Both the position numbers and the translations under genes were made by a program. The notes below the pieces were generated by a model. That model did not search any database. It was given only the letters and a program-made list of their open reading frames with translations, and had not been told where the DNA came from. Of a DNA stretch of 43,087 nucleotides, positions 9,801 to 16,906 are shown piece by piece; the first letter of the stretch is position 1, and each line of letters begins with the position of its first letter. The DNA comes from an uncultured Phenylobacterium sp. (GTDB lineage: Bacteria; Pseudomonadota; Alphaproteobacteria; Caulobacterales; Caulobacteraceae): assembly GCA_966434565.1 (NCBI GenBank), contig CBJNAS010000001.1, positions 1 through 43,087 of the forward strand, read 5' to 3'.

Positions 9801-10821
9801 AGGAGGCACAGCCTGAGGATCGGTAGTCGCCGGGCTGGTCGTTGGTGCCCAGGAACCAGGTGAAGGGATCGTTCAGGCGGGTCTTGTGGATGTTGAGGAC
9901 CGGGATCGCCACGCGCAGCCCGGTGCCCGGGCCCCGGTTGGACTGGCGGATGTCGGGGCGGCCGGGCTCCTCCAGCCGCTGCAGCTGGCCGGTCGCATCG
10001 GGCAGGCCGAACTCCGGGAACTGGGAGCCGTTGTTGCGGCCGCCGCGCTCGAAGACGCGGAACACGTCCGCCGGCGGGGTCACGTTCCAGATCGGCAGAG
10101 GCCAGAGCCGCGCAAGCGCGCCGCGCGCCTTCTGCGCCGGCGTGACCGTTCCGGGCGGGGATCCGGGCGAGGCGATGCTCGCGGGTTTGCCGTCGCGCGT
10201 ATAGGCCTCGCCCAACACATAGTTCTTCGTCGGCACGATGCCGTTATTGTAGGACGCGCCCCCCAGCAGCATGGCGCCGGTCGCCATAAGCGAGCGTTCC
10301 GAGGCCTGGATCTCCGCGAGGTGACAGGCGCCGCAGGATTCCCGCGCCACGCGGTAATCCGACGGATTGACGAAGCGGACGAACTCGGGCGCCTCCCGGT
10401 TTAGGAGGGTGTAGCTCTCGCGCGGCTTGGCCGAGCGGGGATAACCCCAGCTCTGCGGATAGCGCGGCAGGACGTGGGCCCTGTCGCGCAGCTGGGCGTA
10501 GGCGGCGGTGGACCTGTCGAGGCCGGCGGGAGCGGCGACGCTGGGGTCGCCGCCATGGCAGTCGGCGCAGCCCAGCACCACCGCGTTCGAGCGGTGCATG
10601 GAGGGCGCGTCGGAGGCGGTGTGGCAGGTGCGGCAGCCGGCGCTCTTGGCCTCGGCCTGGGCGGGGGTTTCGCTGGCGGGCGCGGGCGGGGCCGTGACAT
10701 AAGTCCGCGCGACCGGCGCTTCGCGCTCTCCGGCATGCGGCGGGCTCGCCGTGAGCAGGGTGAGGGAGAGCGCCGCCAGCGCCGCTTTGAGACCAGTCCA
10801 GACGTAGCCGCGCACGCCCAT
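6874..10821 (-). CDS. Secreted decaheme cytochrome c with C-terminal LVIVD-repeat (beta-propeller) region
   Basis: Signal peptide (...PPHA|G), 10 CXXCH motifs, and C-terminal repeats GFRVYDV, GLILVDV, GLVVVDL, GLDVLDV, GLVILNV, GLKVLQL, each preceded by an aromatic-rich strand such as YAYVA. Confidence 0.9.
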   Translation of the reverse strand: MGVRGYVWTGLKAALAALSLTLLTASPPHAGEREAPVARTYVTAPPAPASETPAQAEAKSAGCRTCHTASDAPSMHRSNAVVLGCADCHGGDPSVAAPAGLDRSTAAYAQLRDRAHVLPRYPQSWGYPRSAKPRESYTLLNREAPEFVRFVNPSDYRVARESCGACHLAEIQASERSLMATGAMLLGGASYNNGIVPTKNYVLGEAYTRDGKPASIASPGSPPGTVTPAQKARGALARLWPLPIWNVTPPADVFRVFERGGRNNGSQFPEFGLPDATGQLQRLEEPGRPDIRQSNRGPGTGLRVAIPVLNIHKTRLNDPFTWFLGTNDQPGDYRSSGCASCHVVYANDREPRHSLVYARYGRDGQSATADPTIDKHESGHPIEHAFTRAIPTSQCMNCHMHQPNMFLNSYLGYTMWDYESDAPFMWPEQQRYPSDEEIRKVLDRNPEGASPRGKWADLDFLRNVYDLNPKLKDTQFADYHGHGWNFRAIFKRDREGRLLDADGKVIPSGDPEIWRRNGEGKFVAPGVNPGKAVQLMDIHAERGMQCADCHFARDSHGSGLIYGEVANAVEIGCKDCHGSARAYPTLKTSGPAAPPGGTDLTLLRNPDGRPRFEWEERNGYRVLIQRSIADSSLEWQVSLVKDSVDPARPEFNPKAARAKLMARLDASGRPFAWGPGVAEKDLAHKDSEMACFTCHTSWMTSCGGCHLPIESNWKTTAHKYEGEETRNFATYNPQVARDDMFQLGRHMTTKGAEIAPVRSSSALVLSSTNANRERIYVQQPPISAIGFSSQAFAPHFPHTVRKTETKTCSDCHVSADNDNNAIMAQLLTLGTNFVNFVGVNAWVGLERGLEAVRVTEWSEPQAVFGSYLHRYAYPDYYKLHVERNHRELIDWVRGDTFHGKQGKPETEDIRNVSHAAPDAIRCLQLRGEYMFAAGGKDGFRVYDVASIANKGVSDRILTGPFSPLGQNMHVSSRNATCMALPTNQPIDPRRNTEAMRLENAEQPFHPLYNYAVVTDAEEGLILVDVTTLADRDPRNNNLRRALTWNPAHVLDGARHVTLGGHFAYVAAHAGLVVVDLDDPLKPKVASIVPLPDVRASALQFRYLFVTDAAGLDVLDVTRLDRPQLVEGARYPIRDARRIYVARTYAYVAAKSDGLVILNVTRPEHPQRYMQVTLNGALDDAEDVIVGSTNASLFAYVADGRNGLKVLQLTSPESQPNFYGFSPEPKPQLIAWARTPSPALALSKGLDRDRAVDETGHQIAIFGRKGSRPFNRQEMEHLFLDSAGRLYAVTDLPDPDSWTGPPLPGPAPSVRRSAGR

Positions 10822-10822
10822 C

Positions 10823-12625
10823 TCAGAACGCCGCCACGGCTTCGAGAAGCACGGAGTAGTAGGCCCGCCCGCCGCGGCTGGTGGTGAACAGGTGGCCGAA
10901 GCCGGGGCCGGGCGCCAGGGCGGCGGCCGACAGGCGGTAGACCAGGTTCTGGGTCATCCGCGGACGCCAGATCACGGCCAGGGAATAGTCGCCGCCGATC
11001 CGACGCGGGATCGAGCCCTCCTGGCGCAAGGTTTGCAGCACGGCGGTGTCGGCGAACCACAGCTGGTTGAAGTTGGCGCTGAGCCGCAGGGTCGGCAGGA
11101 GATCGAAGTCGGCGCCGACGCCGAGCAAGGCAGTGCCGGGATTGTTGAAGTTGGACTGCCCTTCCTCCTTCGAGGAACGCAGCGCGTTCAGTATGGCGTT
11201 GCGGCCGTTGACGCCCAACGCCCGCCCGCCGCCCGCGAAGGGAATGCTCTGGCGGATCCAGTAGCTCGTGTCGGCACCGGCGAATTGCGGGTTCTCGAAG
11301 ATGGCGTCGAACCCGGTCTCGACGTTGTCGTTCGGATTGCGGTCGCCCGAGGCGTAGAGGCCCGACAGCCGCACCCGCACCCAGTCGAAGTCCATCGCTG
11401 GCTCAGCGGCGACGAACCAGGCGCGGATTCGCGCCGGCCGGTTGGTGAAGATGCTGTCGCGGTCCTCGCCGAAGGCGAAATAGGCTGAGGCCGTCAGGTT
11501 CAGCCGCCCGAAGTGGCCGTCGCCGTTGTAGCCCAGGTAGGCCACGTCGTAATCGCGCGCGCGGATGTCGCCGATCAGGGCGGGCCGGGCCGGGAAGCCG
11601 TTGGTGTCGACGTGGATCTCGCCAGCCTCGCGATTGGCGTTGTAGACCAGCGTGACCTGCGAGGTGAACCCGGGGACCGGAAGATCCTGACGGTAGAGGT
11701 TGGCCGCCGCGACATAGTCGCGCCGCACCTTCTGGGTGAGGTCGTTGAGCCCGGAATTCGTGTCCTTCTCGAGCCGGGCGAAGGCGGCGAGGTTGTACTG
11801 GTAGCGGTTGTTGTCGCGGGTGCCGAAGAGGCGCACGCCGAGCTGGTTGTCCTGGAACAGGAAGCCGCGGAAGTCCGTCGAGAACGGCTGGATGCCGAGC
11901 CGCAGCGTGTCGAAGTCGTAGCGCGCCGAGACATTGCGCAGGTGGTAATCGAGGAACAGCTCCTGGACGCCGATGAAGGCCTCGCTGCGCCGCGGCGGCG
12001 CGGTCGGCTTCACCGACAGGATGCGCCGCTCGGAGACGGTGACGTAGTTGTAGTTGAAGGCAAGACTCGCCCGGAGTTCGATCTCCGGCGGCTTGAAGGT
12101 GGTTGCGCCCTTGATCAGCTCCGCCCCGACGAGGAAGGTCTGAGACGCGGCCATGCTGCGCGCGCGCCCGAACACGTCGAGGCTTCCGGGCCGCGAGGTC
12201 GTCTGCACCCCCACCGGCGTCGGAAAAGAGCGCGGCTCGACCACCGTGTCGGAAATCCCGCTGAGCACGAAGAACCAGTCCTTCGTCCCCTTGATCGGCC
12301 GGTCGCCCTTGAGGGTGTTCTGGTTGTAGGGATCGAACCACCGGCTGTGCGCCAGCCCGAGAGTCTCGATCAGCCGCCAGCGGTCGGGGATCGGCAGCTG
12401 GTCCGTCGGGAAGCTTTCGGGCGGCGGCGTCTCCACGGCCCCGGGGTTCACCTGCACGGTGGGCACCGGGTAGGAGGGCTGCTCGCCGGGCTTGCGCCGG
12501 GCCTCGGCATCATCGGGCTGCGGGCTCGCGGCTTGGGCGGGGTCGGCCGCCGGCTCGGCCGCACGGGCCGGCGCGGCGGCCAGCACCGCGGCGAGGCAGA
12601 GGGCGAAAGGCGCGGCCGGCCGCAT
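10823..12625 (-). CDS. Predicted outer-membrane beta-barrel protein
   Basis: Signal peptide ending ARA-A, Pro-rich N-terminus, many alternating amphipathic strands rich in F/Y/N/D, and a C-terminal Phe (YSVLLEAVAAF). Tightly packed in the operon. Confidence 0.75.
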   Translation of the reverse strand: MRPAAPFALCLAAVLAAAPARAAEPAADPAQAASPQPDDAEARRKPGEQPSYPVPTVQVNPGAVETPPPESFPTDQLPIPDRWRLIETLGLAHSRWFDPYNQNTLKGDRPIKGTKDWFFVLSGISDTVVEPRSFPTPVGVQTTSRPGSLDVFGRARSMAASQTFLVGAELIKGATTFKPPEIELRASLAFNYNYVTVSERRILSVKPTAPPRRSEAFIGVQELFLDYHLRNVSARYDFDTLRLGIQPFSTDFRGFLFQDNQLGVRLFGTRDNNRYQYNLAAFARLEKDTNSGLNDLTQKVRRDYVAAANLYRQDLPVPGFTSQVTLVYNANREAGEIHVDTNGFPARPALIGDIRARDYDVAYLGYNGDGHFGRLNLTASAYFAFGEDRDSIFTNRPARIRAWFVAAEPAMDFDWVRVRLSGLYASGDRNPNDNVETGFDAIFENPQFAGADTSYWIRQSIPFAGGGRALGVNGRNAILNALRSSKEEGQSNFNNPGTALLGVGADFDLLPTLRLSANFNQLWFADTAVLQTLRQEGSIPRRIGGDYSLAVIWRPRMTQNLVYRLSAAALAPGPGFGHLFTTSRGGRAYYSVLLEAVAAF

Positions 12626-12628
12626 GCC

Positions 12629-14581
12629 CTACTTGCCCTCGCAGACGCTCTGGTCGTTCGTCGCCAGGAAGGGCGCGAACGGGCAGTTCACATAGCGCAG
12701 CCTGACCCCGCCGGCGCCCCGGTTCACGACGATCTGGTCGGAGCGGATTGCCGCCGGCGCCTCGCCGATCCCGCCGACGCGCTGGCCTGCGTTGTAGACG
12801 GCGAGGAAGGAGATCATGTCGTCCTGGTCGATGCCGTCGCCGGAGACGCCCACCGCCCCGACCAGCACGCCGTTGCGATAGATCGGCGTGGAGCCGGGGA
12901 AGATCTGGATCCCGTTCCTCAGCGGGTTCTGGCCAGAGCGGGCGTCGACCACGCCCGTGCACGCCCGCGGCGGATCGCCTTGCAGCAGATTGCTGCGGAT
13001 CAGGGCGAACTGGAGGCCGGTGTTGAACGGGCTCCATTGGCTGATCGGCAGGGAGAAGGGCCCGTTCGGCTGGCCATCCTGACCGTCGGGGAAGAACGGC
13101 CGCGCCAGATTGCCGATCGCGCGGGCGGTGAAGGCGGTTTTGCCGGTGAGCGCCGCCGGATCGCCCAGGAAGTCGCGCGTGTTCTGCACCACGCTGCTCA
13201 GGTAGCGCTGCGTCGCCGGGTCGGGGTCGCGCACGGCGGTCAGGTCGTCGGCGGCGTGAGCGCTCGAGAAGAAGGCGGCCGTGCGCGCCTTCTGCACCGC
13301 CACGTCGGTCCCGAAGACCGGGGCGTCGGGCGCCCGCACGAGGCCCAGCACCGCGCCCCGGGTGTCGACCACGGCGACGCTGACCTGGGCGCGGCTGTCG
13401 AGCGGCCGGCGAATCTGCGCCCGCGAGGCGCTCATCACCTTGAAGCCCTCTTCCAGCAGGGCGGTCACCTCGGCCGCGCTCAGAGGCTGCGGCGTTCCAT
13501 CGGCTGCGTCGCCCCCCGCCTGGATCGGAAAGCGGTTCGCGCCGTGGCCGTCGGTGAGCACGAAGGCGTCCGAGTTCGAGAACTCCGCGGCCGTGGCCCG
13601 GCGGATGCCGGAGTCCTCCGTGCCGTAGACCACGCCGGCGTGAACGCCCGCGCCGTCATAATAGCCGGGCGCCGCCACGAAGGCGCCCGTCGAGGGGGGC
13701 AGGCCGGAGAGGGCCGGCGCCGAGGCCGGATCGCTCTTCAGCCCGCTGCGGCCCACGTCGCTATAGCGCAAGGTCGTGCCGTCGACCGTGACCTGGTCGG
13801 CCTGGATGCCGGCCGGCGCGTCGAAGCCGACGGTGGCGGCGAACGCGATCGCCTCGTCGGTGACGTCGGCGTCGGTGTCCTGCACATTGGTGTCGAAGCC
13901 GTAGATGCCGTCGGCGAGCACGCCGACACCGCCGACAAGGGTCCCGTTCTTGTACAGCGGGAAGCCGCCCGGGTCGGCGGCCAGGCCCAGCGGCGAGCGC
14001 TTCGGGCCTATGAAGGCGTCCGACTGGCGCGGCGCCACGTCCGAGCAGGGCAGCTGGCTGAACTGCACGCCGAACAGCGGCCCGCTCTCCAGGCCCGTGG
14101 TCGCCGGGCTGGGCGGAAAGTGCTGCTGGACGATCATGCTGGCCGTGCGCGTCGAGAACGCGTTGCCGCCGGAGGAGAGATAGGCGCCGGTGATCGCCTT
14201 GGCGATCGCTGCGGCCGCGGCCGGCGGCTTGAGGCCCTGCGGGTCCGGATCGGCGCCGTCCGTGGCCGGGCCTGCGAAGCTGGCGGTCGCCGGGGCGCCG
14301 GCCATGGCGTAGACGGCGAGCACATTGCCCACCCGGTCCGTGACGGCGATCGTCGCAGGCTTGCCGCGGGCCTTCGCCTCCGCGACCGCCTGGGCGAGGA
14401 TCTGCTGCACGTCGGCCACGCTCAGCGACACGGCGGCCGGCGTGGCGTAGAGGCTGCCCGCCCCTCCGCCGGCAGACGGCCCGCCGCCGGCGGAGCCTGC
14501 GGAGCTTCCGCCGCCTCCGCCACCGGAGCACGCGCCGACCATCAGCGCCAGGGCGAGCGCCCAAGCCTTACGCCGCTTCAT
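12629..14581 (-). CDS. Lipoprotein with two GlcG/HbpS-like heme-binding domains
   Basis: True start is ATG at 14581 (ATGA overlap with the upstream stop). Lipobox MKRRKAWALALALMVGA-C, then a Gly/Ser linker. Two copies of the GlcG/HbpS pattern: IAVTDRVGNVL...AIAKAITG...GGFPLYKNGTLVGGVGVLAD and VAVVDTRGAVL...AVQKARTA...GSTPIYRNGVLVGAVGVSGD. Confidence 0.85.
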   Translation of the reverse strand: MKRRKAWALALALMVGACSGGGGGGSSAGSAGGGPSAGGGAGSLYATPAAVSLSVADVQQILAQAVAEAKARGKPATIAVTDRVGNVLAVYAMAGAPATASFAGPATDGADPDPQGLKPPAAAAAIAKAITGAYLSSGGNAFSTRTASMIVQQHFPPSPATTGLESGPLFGVQFSQLPCSDVAPRQSDAFIGPKRSPLGLAADPGGFPLYKNGTLVGGVGVLADGIYGFDTNVQDTDADVTDEAIAFAATVGFDAPAGIQADQVTVDGTTLRYSDVGRSGLKSDPASAPALSGLPPSTGAFVAAPGYYDGAGVHAGVVYGTEDSGIRRATAAEFSNSDAFVLTDGHGANRFPIQAGGDAADGTPQPLSAAEVTALLEEGFKVMSASRAQIRRPLDSRAQVSVAVVDTRGAVLGLVRAPDAPVFGTDVAVQKARTAAFFSSAHAADDLTAVRDPDPATQRYLSSVVQNTRDFLGDPAALTGKTAFTARAIGNLARPFFPDGQDGQPNGPFSLPISQWSPFNTGLQFALIRSNLLQGDPPRACTGVVDARSGQNPLRNGIQIFPGSTPIYRNGVLVGAVGVSGDGIDQDDMISFLAVYNAGQRVGGIGEAPAAIRSDQIVVNRGAGGVRLRYVNCPFAPFLATNDQSVCEGK

Positions 14582-15972
14582 CTGATCTTCCCGGCGGTGA
14601 CGCCGATGCGCTGCAGAGCCTGGCGCAGCACGGCGGGCTGGAAGGTGTTGGGATCGCGCACCGCCGCATAGGCGCTGGCGACCGCCTGGCTCAGGCCCGG
14701 CGGGGCGTTTCCGCCGGACTGCGCCAGGAGCGCGGTGACCAGGGTGTCGGCGGCCATCACCGCCTGAGCGCCGCCGGCATAGTCGGTATAGCGCGCCGCG
14801 CCGTCGGGCGCGGTGATGCGGCTCAGGATGGCCATGGTGTCGGAGCGGCCGAAGGCGCGGGGCGCGAACGCGGCCTCCAACGCCTGGGTCGAGCCCTGCA
14901 GCCTCGCCGCGGCGGCCACCGTGGCCTCGCGGCCCTGGGCGAAGGCGGTATGGAACGCGCGCGCATCGGCGTCGAACCGGTCGGCATCCTGCGGGGCCAG
15001 GGCGTGCGCGGCGGCCGTCAGCATGATCATGTTCTCGTCGTTGAACGGCGGAAAGCCGCGCGGCAGCGCCCGACCGGGATTGGGCTCGGCGGTCAGGGGC
15101 GTGGCGGGATCGTCCGAGATCCGTCGATGACAGCTGTGGCAGTCGAAGAAGGTGAACTCGGGAAAGGCGCCGCGCACGGCTAGGGCCGGGGCCTGGTAGA
15201 GCGCGAGCGCCCGCTCGAGCGCGGCCGTCTGGCCGAGCGCCCAGGTCTTGGTCCCATTGCGGATCGTCTTGCGGGCCGCGTAGTCGGCGTCGAGGTCGTA
15301 GTGCCGCTGCAGCTCGGTGAATAGGTCGAGCTCGAAGGACAGGCGCGGGTGCCCCGCCGCCATCATCTCGTGAGTGACGAATCGGCCGTCCTGGCCGCCG
15401 AGGTGGCAGCCGAGGCAGACTCGCGCGCGCACCGCCGGATCCTCCAGCGGCCGCAGGCCTCGGGCCACATTGTCGGCGTGGGTCGCGTTCAGCGCGCGGT
15501 GGCTGGCCAGCCAGTCGCCGGCGCCGCCGTGGCAGGCCTCGCAGCCGACGCCGTCGGAGATCTGGAAGCGGGTCCGGGGCTGGCCCGGCGCGGGCCGGTC
15601 GGCGTGGCAGGCGAGGCACACGGGGGCGGCCTCTGCGCGGCCGATTCCCATGCGCGCGGCGATCGCCTGGCCGCGCCGCCCCTTGAGCACCGCCCAAGCG
15701 CGGCTGTGCGCCCCCTCCGGGCCGGTCGGATCCTGCCAGGTGCGCAGTTCGTCGCCCCGGATATGCACGCCGCTGGCGACCTGCCGGCCGTGGCAGGTCG
15801 ATCCTGCGCAGGACGCCACGCCTTCGTGAACATGCGCCGTCTCGCCCTGAGCGCGCGCGGGCGTCGAGCGCCCGGCCGCCAGACAGGCGAAAATCAGCAT
15901 GCAGAGTATGGTCCCGCCATGCCGCAGGACGACACCCCGCAAGAAGCGCGCACGATTAAGGAACGCCCCCAC
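14578..15972 (-). CDS. Secreted multiheme cytochrome c (c554-like), 4 CXXCH + 1 CX4CH
   Basis: Signal peptide ending PARA-Q. Motifs CAGSTCH, CLACH, CEACH, CLGCH, CHSCH, followed by a helical C-terminal region. Exact start uncertain. Confidence 0.85.
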   Translation of the reverse strand: MGAFLNRARFLRGVVLRHGGTILCMLIFACLAAGRSTPARAQGETAHVHEGVASCAGSTCHGRQVASGVHIRGDELRTWQDPTGPEGAHSRAWAVLKGRRGQAIAARMGIGRAEAAPVCLACHADRPAPGQPRTRFQISDGVGCEACHGGAGDWLASHRALNATHADNVARGLRPLEDPAVRARVCLGCHLGGQDGRFVTHEMMAAGHPRLSFELDLFTELQRHYDLDADYAARKTIRNGTKTWALGQTAALERALALYQAPALAVRGAFPEFTFFDCHSCHRRISDDPATPLTAEPNPGRALPRGFPPFNDENMIMLTAAAHALAPQDADRFDADARAFHTAFAQGREATVAAAARLQGSTQALEAAFAPRAFGRSDTMAILSRITAPDGAARYTDYAGGAQAVMAADTLVTALLAQSGGNAPPGLSQAVASAYAAVRDPNTFQPAVLRQALQRIGVTAGKIR

Positions 15973-16158
15973 GCTAAAATCCCGGCCCTCTACAGAGCCA
16001 TAATGCCAAGCTGCATCTCGCTTGTCTTTCGCTTAAATAGCCTTTGCACGGCTTCCTCGCCTGGAGCGTGCATACTGATCAACAAATGGACAGGGCGGCG
16101 CGCGGCGATCTTCGGCTCCCGGGCGGCGCGGCCGTGGCGAGCGCAAGCGACGCCGTGA

Positions 16159-16186
16159 CGCATCCGCGAGGTGCGGCGGTTCGTAG
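16159..16186 (+). promoter_or_regulatory. Putative ECF sigma promoter CGCATCC-N16-CGTAG upstream of the OmpA-domain gene
   Basis: Same bipartite motif and 16-nt spacer as the copies at 20405-20456 and 24175-24202. Lies 49 nt before the ATG. Confidence 0.6.
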
Positions 16187-16235
16187 CCTCGTTCACATGC
16201 TGTAAGCTGGACCACGGCTTCTGGGGGATCAGGTT

Positions 16236-16901
16236 ATGCGAATCGGGGGTGCGATCTTGGGAGCGGCCGTTCTCGCGGCCGCGGGGGTGGCCGTGGCCGC
16301 GCAGCCCACGGCTGACGACTGGGTACAGGCTATTCTGGCCGACCACTCGGCCGACACCAGCGCCGGGGGGGCGCCGGCGACCACAGAGACGCCCGCCGAG
16401 CCAGCCAAACCGCGCATGCGCGGCCTCAGCATTTCCACCAGCGCCTACGGGGCCATCGCCGTGCTGAGCGACGCGAACAAGGCCCAGCCGGCGCCGGCCG
16501 ACATGAGTAAGATCCCGCCGAAGGCTCAGGTGAAGCCCTCCTCGCTGATCCAGTTCAAGGACCATGCGACGGACCTCCAGGTTCACTTCCTCAAAGGCTC
16601 GTCCATGCTCGCGCCGGAATCGGCCGCCGGCCTGGCCCAGCTGGCCACGGCGCTGCAGGATTCGCGGCTCTCCGGCGCCTCGCTGGAGCTGGCCGGCCAC
16701 ACGGACCTCAGCGGGCGGCGCGAGGCCAACATCATCCTGTCGCAACGGCGCGCTGAGAGCGTGAAGAGCTTCATCGTCGAGCGCGGCGTGGACCCCAAGC
16801 GGGTCACGGCCAAGGGCTACGGCCCGGACAACCTGCCCCACCCCGAGGCGCCCTACGATCCGCGCAACCGCGTCGTGCAAGCGCGTGTGGTCTGGCGCTA
16901 G
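16236..16901 (+). CDS. Secreted OmpA-family peptidoglycan-binding domain protein
   Basis: Signal peptide, then HFLKGSS, LAGHTD, NIILSQRRAESVK, KGYG and RNRVV motifs of the OmpA C-terminal domain. Confidence 0.88.
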   Translation: MRIGGAILGAAVLAAAGVAVAAQPTADDWVQAILADHSADTSAGGAPATTETPAEPAKPRMRGLSISTSAYGAIAVLSDANKAQPAPADMSKIPPKAQVKPSSLIQFKDHATDLQVHFLKGSSMLAPESAAGLAQLATALQDSRLSGASLELAGHTDLSGRREANIILSQRRAESVKSFIVERGVDPKRVTAKGYGPDNLPHPEAPYDPRNRVVQARVVWR

Positions 16902-16906
16902 AAAAG

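Noticed and set aside
11513-14671. 1052-aa plus-strand ORF, and similar long ORFs at 780-3125(-), 7324-9015(+), 35568-37976(-) and 41245-42759(-)
   Set aside because: Antisense shadows of well-supported genes in high-GC DNA. They have no recognisable motifs.
14582-15697. N-terminal 372 aa of the 1022-aa track ORF 12629-15697
   Set aside because: Arg/Pro-rich off-frame read-through overlapping the cytochrome gene. The real start is the lipoprotein signal at 14581.
16182-16197. CRP-like half site (CGTAG-N6-TCACA) near the cNMP-related locus
   Set aside because: Only one half matches TGTGA-N6-TCACA, and the left half is better explained as the ECF -10 box.
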